From positions 1,830,001 to 1,862,000 of the forward strand of contig NC_020304.1 of assembly GCF_000341395.1 (NCBI RefSeq): 32,000 bases of DNA, given 5' to 3'. Both the position numbers and the translations under genes were made by a program. Under the pieces are notes generated by a model, which was not told where the DNA came from, did not search any database, and saw nothing but the letters and a program-made list of their open reading frames with translations. Positions 19,115-28,996 of this stretch are shown piece after piece. The first letter of the stretch is position 1. Each line of letters starts with the position of its first letter. The DNA comes from Desulfocapsa sulfexigens DSM 10523 (lineage in GTDB: Bacteria > Desulfobacterota > Desulfobulbia > Desulfobulbales > Desulfocapsaceae).

Positions 19115-19664
19115 GAACGTTCTGGTCGTTTTTTTTGGAATGATCGCCACCGGAAAAAGCTATCTTGCCTCCACCTGGGCACGCCAGCATGACCTGCCTT
19201 ATTATAATTCGGATAGAGTTCGCAAGGAGCTGGCGGGGCTGTCTCCCACGGTCGAACAACCTGAAAAGATGGGGCAGGGAATTTACACACCTGCGTTCAG
19301 CAGACGTACCTATGATGCCTTGATCGAACGAGCTGCGCAGCATTTTGATACTGATAAACAGGCCTGTGTTGTACTTGACGGATCCTATCAATCTCTGGAA
19401 GAACGGGATCTGTTGCGAAAACGTTTTGCAAATCAGGCGCGACTGGTTTTTGTCCACTGTTTTTGCGCGGAAAATGTGATACGGAAGCGTTTGGAAATAC
19501 GTGCTTCAGATCCTGATGCTGTATCAGATGGAAGCTGGGAGATATATCTTTCCCAGAAAAAACGCTTTCAGCCTGTGACGGAAGCGGAACAGGTAATCGA
19601 ACTGGACACTGATGCCCCCATAGAGGATCTGGTGAGGAAAGTAACAACTGAGATAAGTTTCTAA
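19101..19664 (+). CDS. P-loop AAA/kinase-like protein, partner of the preceding APH-like gene
   Basis: Walker A FGMIATGKSYLA, YYNSDRVRKELAG, VVLDGSY; overlaps the upstream ORF by 14 bp. Confidence 0.85.
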   Translation: MPQPENVLVVFFGMIATGKSYLASTWARQHDLPYYNSDRVRKELAGLSPTVEQPEKMGQGIYTPAFSRRTYDALIERAAQHFDTDKQACVVLDGSYQSLEERDLLRKRFANQARLVFVHCFCAENVIRKRLEIRASDPDAVSDGSWEIYLSQKKRFQPVTEAEQVIELDTDAPIEDLVRKVTTEISF

Positions 19665-19697
19665 GGAAATCCTTGGATGATTAGATAGAGGTGCAAA

Positions 19698-20147
19698 ATG
19701 ACAACAAAGATTTATGTATTACGTTTTCCTAAGGAAACCAGCAACGAGCCCATTATATACCAGCTGGTAAAACAGTATGACGTTGAATTTAATATTTTAA
19801 AGGCAGATATTCTTCCCCAGCGTGAGGGGGTGATGATTCTTGAGCTGAAGGGAACACGGGAGAAAGTTAAAAACGGTTTGGATTATCTAAAGTCTTTTGG
19901 GGTGCAGGCAGAGCGTCTTGCGGCAGCCATAAAGAGAGATGATGATAAATGTTTCCAGTGTGGCGCCTGCACAGGTATCTGTCCCGTAGGAGCATTGTAT
20001 ATTAAACGGCCTTCCATGGAAGTTATATTTGATGCTGATAAGTGTACGGGCTGTTCGCTCTGTGTTCCAATCTGTCCTGTGAGAGCAATGGAAGTGTCGC
20101 CTCTTTCAGAGGCCTTTGTCGAGGCAGAGGAGAAAATTGTTACCTGA
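19698..20147 (+). CDS. NIL-domain 4Fe-4S ferredoxin
   Basis: N-terminal NIL-like domain, then CFQCGACTGICPVGAL and CTGCSLCVPICPVRAM clusters. Confidence 0.9.
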   Translation: MTTKIYVLRFPKETSNEPIIYQLVKQYDVEFNILKADILPQREGVMILELKGTREKVKNGLDYLKSFGVQAERLAAAIKRDDDKCFQCGACTGICPVGALYIKRPSMEVIFDADKCTGCSLCVPICPVRAMEVSPLSEAFVEAEEKIVT

Positions 20148-20159
20148 TACTAGCGACAA

Positions 20160-20651
20160 GTGAAGGTGAAAGTATGGGTCGATGCGGATGCCTGCCCTGT
20201 GGTCATCAAGGAGATTTTATTTAAAGCGGCCGAACGGACCGGAGTCCAGATCACCTTTGTTGCAAATCAGCTGGTTCGGGTGCCCGTTTCTTCCTGTATT
20301 ACATTTGTGCAGGTAGGGGCAGGCCCGGATGTTGCTGATAAGGAAATAGTTAAGAGGCTGGATCCGGGTGATCTTGTGATTACCGCGGATATTCCCCTTG
20401 CGGCAGATGTTATCGAAAAAGGGGGCCACGCTTTGAATCCTCGCGGTGAATTGTATAGTATTGATACTATAGGATCGCGGCTTAGTATGAGAAATTTTAT
20501 GGACACTCTCCGGGCCGATGGTATTGACACGGGGGGGCCACCGGCATTGGATAAGGGAGATCGGCAGGCTTTTGCCAACCAACTGGACAGGTTTTTAGCC
20601 AAGTTTTCCATAAAATCAACGCGTCGTAAACACAGTCCGCCTCCATGGTAG
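20160..20651 (+). CDS. YaiI/YqxD family (DUF188) protein
   Basis: [20 protein letters not shown]...[34 protein letters not shown]...[20 protein letters not shown]; GTG start. Confidence 0.93.
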   Translation: MKVKVWVDADACPVVIKEILFKAAERTGVQITFVANQLVRVPVSSCITFVQVGAGPDVADKEIVKRLDPGDLVITADIPLAADVIEKGGHALNPRGELYSIDTIGSRLSMRNFMDTLRADGIDTGGPPALDKGDRQAFANQLDRFLAKFSIKSTRRKHSPPPW

Positions 20652-20690
20652 TTCAGTATGGTGGTATCTTAAAAGAGCATAAAAACAGAT

Positions 20691-21410
20691 GTGAGTTACT
20701 TGAATACAATAAAGAAATTCAAAAGCCCGCCTGAACGATTTCAGCCCAAAGGACTGCCTATTCTCTATGAAGATCATGACATTCTGGTTGTGGATAAAAA
20801 ACACGGTCTGCTTACCATAAGTGACGGAAAAGACACCGAAAATACAGCCTATTTCAAGCTTACAGACTACGTCAGGAGGGGGAATAAAAAGTCAAATAAC
20901 CGGGTATTTATTGTCCACCGTCTGGATAAGGACACCTCTGGTGTGATTGTGTTTGCTAAGAATGAAAAGGCAAAACGTTTTCTTCAGGAGCAGTGGCAAA
21001 CATTTTCAAAAACCTATTGTGCAGTGGTCAAAGGAATACTCTCAGAGAAAGAGGGAGTTATTACGTCATATCTTGCCGAGAACAGTATCCATAAGATGTA
21101 TTCAGTGAAAGACCCGGAAAAAGGGAAACTCGCAAGGACTGGGTATAAAGTCATGAAAGAATCAGCACAGTACAGTCTTCTTGAGGTCGATTTACTGACC
21201 GGGCGAAAAAATCAAATCCGTGTCCATTTTGCTGAAAAGGGGCATCCCGTAGCCGGTGATAAAAAATATGGCGAAAAAGACAAAAACATTAAACGATTAG
21301 CCCTTCACGCAGCCTCTCTTACATTGGTGCATCCCTTTTCAAATATCGAAATGACCTTTGAAGCGAAGGTTCCTGGTTATTTTTATTCTCTGGTTTCTTC
21401 TCGTGGATAA
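20691..21410 (+). CDS. RluA-family RNA pseudouridine synthase
   Basis: [62 protein letters not shown]. Confidence 0.93.
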   Translation: MSYLNTIKKFKSPPERFQPKGLPILYEDHDILVVDKKHGLLTISDGKDTENTAYFKLTDYVRRGNKKSNNRVFIVHRLDKDTSGVIVFAKNEKAKRFLQEQWQTFSKTYCAVVKGILSEKEGVITSYLAENSIHKMYSVKDPEKGKLARTGYKVMKESAQYSLLEVDLLTGRKNQIRVHFAEKGHPVAGDKKYGEKDKNIKRLALHAASLTLVHPFSNIEMTFEAKVPGYFYSLVSSRG

Positions 21411-21645
21411 GCAACAGCCTAATAACCCTCTGCATGGGGTGACACTTGAGAAAATTGTAACCACGCTGGTTGAGTGGTATGGATGGGAGAAATTGGGAAA
21501 ATGGATACCGATCAAGTGTTTTACCAGCAATCCTTCCGTGAAGTCCAGCCTGAAGTTTCTCCGTAAGACGCCATGGGCTCGTACAAAAGTTGAAAATCTA
21601 TATCTTGTTACTTTGAGAAAAAAACAACCTGAATTCAAGTCATAA
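21403..21645 (+). CDS. VF530-family (DUF2132) DNA-binding-like protein
   Basis: [62 protein letters not shown] is near-canonical for the family. Probable GTG start at 21403, overlapping the stop of the pseudouridine synthase; the track start 21358 adds a non-homologous leader. Confidence 0.88.
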   Translation: MDKQQPNNPLHGVTLEKIVTTLVEWYGWEKLGKWIPIKCFTSNPSVKSSLKFLRKTPWARTKVENLYLVTLRKKQPEFKS

Positions 21646-21697
21646 ATGGTAAACAAATTCTATTTCTGAACGCCAATATATCTCAAATATCTCTTGA

Positions 21698-24600
21698 CTA
21701 CGTGATCTTTTGAATTTTTATCGCACATAGTTTGTACTCCGGTGTCCTTGAAAGCCTATCCAAGGCATCCAGGGTCAGGAAATTCACCAGTGCCTCAGTG
21801 TGGTTATAGGTTGCAAAGAGAGTTCCCTCCTGAGAACGATCGGTGAGAGTTGCCTTCATTTCCACCTTTCCTCGCCGGGAGGCCAAGCGCACCATATCTC
21901 CCTCCTTAATTTTATATCGTTTTGCATCGAGCGGATTTATTTCGACTTTTGCCTCAGGACTGATGGCATCAATCTCAGGGGTTTTCCCTGTCATGGAACT
22001 AAAATTATATCGGGCAAGATCACGGCCTGTGGTAAAATATAAAGGATACTCCTCGTCTACTTTTTCAACTGGAGGAATGTATTCTTCAGGAATAAAAAGT
22101 CCCTTACCTCGCGTAAATTCCTTGGTGTGAAGAACTGGGGTGCCCGGATGATCTACATCAGGAACAGGCCATTGCAAGCCCATTTTTTCAAGGCGTTCAT
22201 AGGTGATCCCTCTGTACTGGGGAAGCATTTTCCGAATCTCTTCAAAAATATCTTTAGGAGATTCGTAGTGCATATCATAACCCATCTTGTCGGACAGATC
22301 GCAGAATATTTTCCAATCAGGCCTGGCTTCTCCGGGTGGATCCACTGCCTTACGTACACGTTGCACTCTACGTTCAGTATTGGTAAAAGTACCATCTTTT
22401 TCTGCATAACATGCTGCTGGAAAAACTACATCAGCAGCTTTAGCTGTCTCGGTAAGAAAAATATCCTGAACGATCATAAAGTCCACCACGTCCAAGGCTT
22501 TGTGGACATGGGCAATATTAGGATCAGCAATAGCCGGGTCTTCTCCAAAGATGTAAAGTCCTTTGATTTCACCGGAAAGGACATTATCCCAGACCTCAGT
22601 TGCTGGTTTTCCCGGTATCCGTGGCAGTTTGACTTTCCACTCCTCTTCATAGCGATCAAAGAGGTTGATATCTTCAAAGCTGGTATATCCTGGGAGGGTG
22701 TTAAAAAGAGCTCCCATGTCACAGGCCCCCTGCACATTGTTCTGTCCTCGCAAGGGGTTGCAGCCACCGCCTGCAACACCGACTTTTCCACAAAGCATGG
22801 CCAGGTTGGCAATACTTTTGACACGATCCGTACCAGTCACGTAATGGGTGATTCCCATCCCATGATAGATGGCATGTCTTCCTGCTGCAGCATACATCCT
22901 GGCAACGGTGTAGAGTTGTTTTATAGGCAACCCTGTGATCCCTGATACATATTCGGGATTATATTTCGTAACTACTTCTTTTAAATAATTGAAATCTTCA
23001 GTGCGTTCTTCAACAAAATATTTATCCCAGAGAGTTTCCTCAAGAATGATGTGCATCAAACCATTCAGGAAAGCTACATCTGTACCTGGCTTTATTCTCA
23101 ACCAGTGATCTGCACGTTCTGCAAGCCTGGTCCTGCGAGGATCAACAACGATAAGCTTTGCCCCTTTGTCAACGGCCTGATGGATGCGCATTCCAATGGT
23201 TGGATGTCCGGTATCAGGGTTGGAACCGATCATAAGGAAAAGGTCTGTATTCTTTGAATCCATAATTGAGTTTGTCATTGCACCACTGCCAAATGTGAGG
23301 GCCAGACTGGCCACCGTTGGAGCGTGTCAGAGCCTGGCGCAATGGTCAATATTATTTGTCCCTATCGAGGTGCGCATGAATTTTTGCATGAGGTAGTTTT
23401 CCTCATTGGTTGCCCTGGCGCAGGAGAAAGCGGCTATTGAATCTGCTCCGTACATGGCCTTGAGGTCAAAAAACCTTTTTGCTGTATACTCCAGAGCCTC
23501 ATCCCACCCTACCTCAACAAGAATGCCATTTTTGCGAATGAGTGGTTTTTTCAATCTCTCTTTGTGCTGAACAAATTCATGTGCCAAGCGACCTTTGACG
23601 CAGAGAGCACCGTAGTTAGGAGCAAGGTCTTTCTCGGAGTTGACTTCAATGATAGTGTTGCCCTTCACCCGAAGAAGCATCTGACAACCTGCGCCACAGT
23701 AAGGACAGGTTGTACGTACTTCCCTGACAGCTTCTGCTTGAATAGGAATAGTCTGAGCCTTTTTATTCAATGCACCAGTTGAACAGCTGTCAATACAAGC
23801 TCCGCAAGAGACGCAGTTGTCTTTGAAGTTGATGGTCAGTCCTGTTATCTGACCAGCGCCATCCATGGATTCGATACCGAGTTCCAGGGCATCATACTCA
23901 CAGGATCTCTCACAGCGTCTGCAATAAATACATTTATCACGATCTATAATAAAAGCGGGATGACTGTAATCCTTTCCATAGATAGGGGTGATCCCCATGC
24001 CAGTTTTGTTGATATTGATGGTATGTTCTATTAACATCTTTTTCAGGTCACAACGATCAAAGGCCGTGCAACCGCACGAAAGACAGCGATCCGCTTCACG
24101 CCTGGCCATTTTTTCTGTGAAACCCAGTTTGACTTCGTCGAAGTCCTTGTTGCAAATTTCAGGAGGTCTGGTGGGCATTCTTTCGCGGAGCGTTATTTTG
24201 ATATCGCTAAAATTCTTGAAATCAACATCGTCAAAAGTTTTGCCACGTGTAAAATTAAAACGACTGTCAGCAGGTTCTTTATCCTCTCCCATGATGTAAG
24301 CATGAATATTTGTTGCAGCACGTCGTGCAGACACCACAGCCTGAATTACCGATTTTGGCCCTGAAACGGCATCTCCTCCGGCAAATATCCCATCAATATT
24401 CGTTTGCGATGTTCTCGTGTTGGAATTAATGGTTTCACGTGGGGAAAGTTCGATAGATTCTTCAATGTCACCACCTTCGAAATTTCCAGAAACAGCGGAC
24501 TGGCCAAGAGATGCAATGATAGAATCAACCTGTAAAATGTTGCTGGTGCCGGGAATAGGCTCTGGTTCACGCTTCCCTTTTGAGTTTTGTTTGCCAAGTT

Positions 24601-25816
24601 TCATCCTGATAAGCTTCAGTTCTAAACGTGAACGTTTGTTTTCTCGCTGGATGATTTCATAGGGAGACGCCATGAGCAGGAACTGAATGCCCTCATTCTC
24701 AGCCTCTTTAATGTTTCGTTGATGAGCAGTCATTTCCAGACGGGCACGAGGGTAAACAACTGTAACTTCGTCCACATCCTGACGAAGTAGGGTTCTGGCC
24801 ACTTCCATGGCTATATTGTTGCCGCCGATAACGGCCACACGTTTTCCAATATCTGTTTTTTTGCCTTCAGCTACTTTTCTCAAGTAGTTCATAGCAGTGT
24901 AAACATGAGGCCCAATACCACCCGGGATATCAAGAGAGTTATCAATTCCTGCGCCGGAAGCTATAAATACAGCATCATATCCCTGTTCTTTGAGAGACTG
25001 GATATTAAAATCACGTCCCCATTTTTGACTCAGCTTGACTGAGATGCCTAGGCGTAAAATGGTGTTAATTTCATAATCAAGTACTTCTCTTGGAATACGA
25101 TATTCGAGGAAGCCATATCGTAAAGCACCCCCAAGTTTGGGGGCTGCTTCAAAAATAGTGACTTCATGTCCTTTACGCGTTAAAAAATATGCAGCAGTGA
25201 GACCAGCAGGCCCTCCACCGATTATCGCAACCCGCTTTCCAGTTGGTTTGTCCTTTGTAATTTTCAGGTCGATCTCATGAGTCATGCACCAGTCAGCTAC
25301 AAAACGTTTAAGGTGATTGATTGAGACAGGTTCATCCACTAGAATGCGACGGCACCTTGTCTCACAAAAACGGGGGCAAACGCGACCAACGGAAAAGGGC
25401 ATAGGATTCCGTTCCATTATCAGACGCAGGGCCTCTTCGTATTGTCCCTTAGCAACATGGGCAATATAGCCTTGGACATTAATCTGTCCCGGACAGGTGA
25501 GATTACATGGAGCCTTACAATCCCCAAAATGGGTTTTGGCCAGTTTGCTCAATAGGTGCTGACGGTGTTTTGAGAGAGCATCTGAGTGAGTGATAACCAC
25601 CATTCCTTTCTGAACAGGGGTCACACAGGATTGCATAAAGTTACTCTGTCCTTCCACTTCAACGACACAGAGGTTGCAGGGAGTATCGGATGGTTTACCA
25701 TCCACATGGCATAGAGTCGGGATTATAATTCCAATTTGTCGCGCTGCCTCTAGTACTGTGGTGTTTTGGGGAACGGAAACATATCGTGAGTCAATTGAAA
25801 TGGTTATTAGATTCAT
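21698..25816 (-). CDS. Selenocysteine-containing FdhA-like molybdopterin oxidoreductase fused to NuoG-like [2Fe-2S], GltD-like FAD/NAD(P) and 2x[4Fe-4S] modules (1372 aa)
   Basis: The ORFs at 23327..25858 and 21698..23314 are in the same frame, separated only by UGA at 23327-23329 in the context [30 protein letters not shown], the canonical Sec/Cys position of formate dehydrogenases. N-terminal MNLITISIDSRYVSVPQNTTVLEAARQIGIIIPTLCHVDG (2Fe-2S), GKRVAIIGGGPAGLTAAYFL (GltD-like), CIYCRRCERSCE and CVSCGACIDSC, TCPYCGAGCQM. Confidence 0.93.
23298..23315 (-). promoter_or_regulatory. Bacterial SECIS-like hairpin immediately downstream of the UGA
   Basis: Numbering UGA as 1-3: G15 G16 [U17 bulged] G18 G19 C20 C21 - A22 G23 U24 C25 U26 - G27 G28 C29 C30 C31 U32. 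Bulged U17 and loop G23/U24 fall at the positions known for E. coli fdhF SECIS. Confidence 0.85.
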
Positions 25817-25934
25817 AAGATATCGTTTACTCTTGAGTGCGCTAAATTTGACAGACAAATCAAATTTTCAAATTGTTTTGTCAGGTCGGGTAGATTGACT
25901 CCATGCTCTAGCTGAGAGTCTAGTGAAAAAACAA

Positions 25935-25963
25935 TATATATCTTCCTCGACCACATATGTCAA
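25935..25963 (-). promoter_or_regulatory. Candidate sigma70-type promoter for the fdhA-like gene
   Basis: On the minus strand: TTGACA (25963-25958), 17-nt spacer, TATATA (25940-25935), ~120 bp upstream of the ATG. Confidence 0.4.
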
Positions 25964-26077
25964 GATTGGCATAGTTTAAAACAAACACAATGTAAAAGGT
26001 CTATGAAAAATTTGTGATACATTGAAGATAACAATGGGCAACAGTTGTGGGCCTGTCCTAATAAAAAATAAAATCTT

Positions 26078-26419
26078 ATGAAGAAAAAATTTACTATCAA
26101 ATCAAAGGTATGGATCGAAGATCAGAATGGAAATGTGGTTTTCGGGTTGGGGAGGTATAGAATTCTTGACGCTATTAAACGACATAATTCGTTACAGGCA
26201 GCAGCCAGAGAATTAAAAATGGGTTACAGAGCGTTGTGGGGGAGAATTAAGGCATCGGAGGATAGATTAGGAGAACGATTAGTTGTAAGGGATGGGCGAG
26301 GGTCAAAACTTACGCCGTATGCAATGGACTTGATGGATCGTTTTAATGAAATGCATATTCATATTCTTGATGATTCAAATAGCTCTTTTTCAAAACTCCT
26401 AACAAAGTCTCTGAAATAA
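26078..26419 (+). CDS. ModE-like (LysR-like wHTH) transcriptional regulator, DNA-binding domain only
   Basis: GRYRILDAIKRHNSLQAAARELKMGYRALWGRIKASEDRLGERLVVRDGRGSKLTPYAMDLMDRF matches the ModE N-terminal HTH pattern; divergent from the fdhA-like gene. Confidence 0.85.
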   Translation: MKKKFTIKSKVWIEDQNGNVVFGLGRYRILDAIKRHNSLQAAARELKMGYRALWGRIKASEDRLGERLVVRDGRGSKLTPYAMDLMDRFNEMHIHILDDSNSSFSKLLTKSLK

Positions 26420-26563
26420 GATCATGTTTTGCCTCAACACTTTTAGTTGGAACTGGATATTTCAAAAGGGGATGTAGTAAACGCCAGCGGGATACCGTAA
26501 TTGTAGGTAAAGCCGGGAAACGGAACTGCAGATATGCCGAGGAAGCAAGTAGCCTTTTCTCAA

Positions 26564-26598
26564 CATCCGCTGCCAAAAAGCGGAGCGGTGTTTTTTTT
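26564..26598 (+). terminator. Intrinsic terminator between the ModE-like gene and the double-cubane-cluster gene
   Basis: CA(T)CCGCT(G)CC - AAAAAGC - GGAGCGGTG stem with two single bulges, followed immediately by eight T. Confidence 0.75.
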
Positions 26599-26667
26599 AT
26601 GGGTTTTGTTGGCATGATTGGTCAATGTTCCAGTAGTACCAGACTCAAGGACGGGGGGAGATCCGGT

Positions 26668-26709
26668 AGGTAATTCCTATGATTGTATAGTTACATATAG
26701 GAATTACCT
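26668..26709. repeat. Perfect 13-bp inverted repeat upstream of the double-cubane-cluster gene
   Basis: AGGTAATTCCTAT (26668-26680), 16-nt spacer, ATAGGAATTACCT (26697-26709). Confidence 0.9.
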
Positions 26710-26747
26710 GTTTGACGTATAGGTAGTCGTAATATATATGTTCTGCT

Positions 26748-28073
26748 ATGAAATTATACAAAAAAGTGGAGGACACTATGACTGCTGGGAAATTTGAAAT
26801 AAAGGCCTATCCCGAGATGTGGAAAGACCTGGATATGGATGTGGAACGTTTTGACAAAATGCGGTTAATGCTGGGAGATATATATGAAAAGACCTATCTG
26901 TCCCAGAAAAACCGACCATCGGGTATGGCCTACTTTGACAACATGATAGCAGAAATCCATGGTGGCCGGATCAAGGAATTGCTGGCTGCCAAAAAAGAGG
27001 GTAAACCGGTGATCGGAACCTTCTGTGTTTATATCCCTGAGGAGATCGTACTGGCTGCTGGCGGTGTCTGTGTAGGTCTATGCGGCGGTTCGCAGGGATC
27101 CGTGCCCGATGCTGAAAAGATTCTACCCCGCAATATTTGCCCCATGGTGAAGTCTGCCTTTGGTTTTAAGGCGGGTCGTATATGCCCCTATTTTCAGGCA
27201 GTTGATCTTGTGTACGGGGAGACCACTTGTGACGCTAAGAAAAAAACCTGGGAGATTCTGGATAACATGGTTTCGACCTATGTTATGGAGATACCGCAGA
27301 TGAAAAAACAGACCGACCAGGATATGTGGTTGGCTGAGGTGAAAGAATTCAAGACCAAGGTTGAGTCACTTGCAGGCAAAGAAGTGATGCTTGAGGAACT
27401 GAATCGTGCCGTCAAAACAATGAATAACAAACGTAAAGCCCTGCAGCGGATTAATATGCTACGCCATACTAATCCAACGCCGATCTCAGGGAAAGATGTC
27501 CTGCTCATTGAGCAGATTGCCTTCTACGATGAACCGGTCCGGTTTACCGAAAAGGTCGGTGAATTGTGTGATGAACTTGAACAACGTATTCAGGATGGTG
27601 TTGCCGTGCCTGGTAAAAATGCTGCCAGAGTGATGGTTGCTGGAGTTCCCATGGCTCTACCCAATTGGAAGCTGCATAACCTCGTCGAAGGAGCCGGGGC
27701 GGTTATTGTCAATGAGGAAAGCTGTATTGGTACCCGCTATTATAAGGATCTGATGGACGAGGACGGAGAAGATATTGAGACTATTCTTCAGAACCTTACC
27801 CGTCGATACATGCAGATCGATTGTTCCTGTTTTACCCCTAACAACGAACGGATTGATCAGGTCCTCAAGGAGTACAGAGAATCGGATGCTCATGGTATCA
27901 TTCACTATTCTTTGCAGTTCTGTCATACCTACAATGTCGAAGAAATCCGTATCAGGGAGGCATGTGAAAAGGAAAATATTCCATACATGTTTATTGAATC
28001 CGACTACTCGCCTGAGGATGTGGGGCAACTGCAGACCAGGGTGGAGGCCTTCCTGGAACAGATCAGCGGATGA
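26748..28073 (+). CDS. Double-cubane-cluster protein / 2-hydroxyacyl-CoA dehydratase subunit-like (HgdB/YjiM-like)
   Basis: GTFCVYIPEEIVLAAGGVCVGLCGG, ICPMVKSAFGF, RICPYFQAVDLVYGETTCDAKKK, YMQIDCSCFTPNNERID, GIIHYSLQFCHTYNVE; followed by a dedicated activator ATPase. Confidence 0.88.
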   Translation: MKLYKKVEDTMTAGKFEIKAYPEMWKDLDMDVERFDKMRLMLGDIYEKTYLSQKNRPSGMAYFDNMIAEIHGGRIKELLAAKKEGKPVIGTFCVYIPEEIVLAAGGVCVGLCGGSQGSVPDAEKILPRNICPMVKSAFGFKAGRICPYFQAVDLVYGETTCDAKKKTWEILDNMVSTYVMEIPQMKKQTDQDMWLAEVKEFKTKVESLAGKEVMLEELNRAVKTMNNKRKALQRINMLRHTNPTPISGKDVLLIEQIAFYDEPVRFTEKVGELCDELEQRIQDGVAVPGKNAARVMVAGVPMALPNWKLHNLVEGAGAVIVNEESCIGTRYYKDLMDEDGEDIETILQNLTRRYMQIDCSCFTPNNERIDQVLKEYRESDAHGIIHYSLQFCHTYNVEEIRIREACEKENIPYMFIESDYSPEDVGQLQTRVEAFLEQISG

Positions 28074-28097
28074 CTCTGGTGGGTGTAATCATAGGAA

Positions 28098-28871
28098 ATG
28101 GAGGACAATATGTACGTGGGGGTTGATCTGGGTTCACGGACGATCAAAGTGGTAGCATTCCAAGACGGCAGGATGGTTGATTATAAAATTGAAGAAAGCG
28201 GTTTTGCACCACATGAACAAGCCAGGGAAATGTTAACGGATTATAAGGCAGACCAAATCGTTGCCACGGGATATGGCCGCCATCTCGCTCGAGAGCACTT
28301 TGCTGATGATGTCATTACCGAAATTAAAGCCCACGGTATTGGTATTCATGCGGTGTTGCCACAGGTTACCACGATTGTGGATGTCGGAGGGCAGGACTCC
28401 AAGGTCATAACTCTCAATGGCAAAGGACAGGTTAGCAATTTTCAAATGAACGACAAATGTGCGGCCGGTACAGGCAGGTTTTTGGAAATAATGGCTGCGT
28501 CACTGGCTTATCCACTTGTCGAGTTTGGTCCGGCCGCTCTTGATTCGGACCAGGAAGTACAGATAAACTCCATGTGTACGGTATTTGCCGAATCCGAAGT
28601 GATTTCAATGAAAAACAGAGGTGCTCCGCGACAGCACATTGCCAGAGCCGTGCATTCTTCTGTAGCAGACCGTATACTCGCCATGCTGAACCGTATTGGT
28701 TTTGACAAGTATGTGGCCTTCTCCGGTGGGGTTGCTAATAATCCATGTATTGTTAGTATGATACGGGGTAAATTGGTGGGGGTGCAGGTGGCAGTGCCTG
28801 AAAATCCGAGTATCATTGGAGCACTTGGTGCATCAATTGAGGCAGCCAAATTAGGTGAATCTCAGGCATGA
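28098..28871 (+). CDS. BadF/BadG/HgdC-type activator ATPase for the double-cubane-cluster protein (YjiL-like)
   Basis: YVGVDLGSRTIKVVAF, VDVGGQDSKVI, FQMNDKCAAGTGRFLEIMA, FSGGVANNPCIV. Confidence 0.93.
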   Translation: MEDNMYVGVDLGSRTIKVVAFQDGRMVDYKIEESGFAPHEQAREMLTDYKADQIVATGYGRHLAREHFADDVITEIKAHGIGIHAVLPQVTTIVDVGGQDSKVITLNGKGQVSNFQMNDKCAAGTGRFLEIMAASLAYPLVEFGPAALDSDQEVQINSMCTVFAESEVISMKNRGAPRQHIARAVHSSVADRILAMLNRIGFDKYVAFSGGVANNPCIVSMIRGKLVGVQVAVPENPSIIGALGASIEAAKLGESQA

Positions 28872-28996
28872 AATAGAAGCAACAAGTATTAGTGGAAGGT
28901 CCGAGATGTACAGGTATTTGGAATCAACTGGCAAGAACATGCAGTCTGCTTTCGGCAGTAAAAGGATAGCTTGACTGTTTCGATCTGGCAACAATA

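Noticed and set aside
22127-22945. 272-aa plus-strand ORF
   Set aside because: Antisense to the molybdopterin domain coding sequence; low-complexity shadow ORF with no domain signature.
23312-23329. Frameshift or nonsense mutation splitting the fdhA-like gene
   Set aside because: The frame is conserved on both sides of the single UGA, the UGA falls at the known Sec/Cys active-site position, and a SECIS-like hairpin in correct register follows.
25817-26077. Moco/tungsten-cofactor riboswitch upstream of the fdhA-like gene
   Set aside because: A plausible location for one, but the sequence is AT-rich without recognisable consensus segments or convincing stems; an Rfam search would be needed to revive the idea.
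26343-26615. 90-aa minus-strand ORF between the ModE-like and double-cubane genes
   Set aside because: Starts beyond a T tract/terminator region and overlaps the ModE-like gene antisense; the underlying DNA is better explained as a structured non-coding region.
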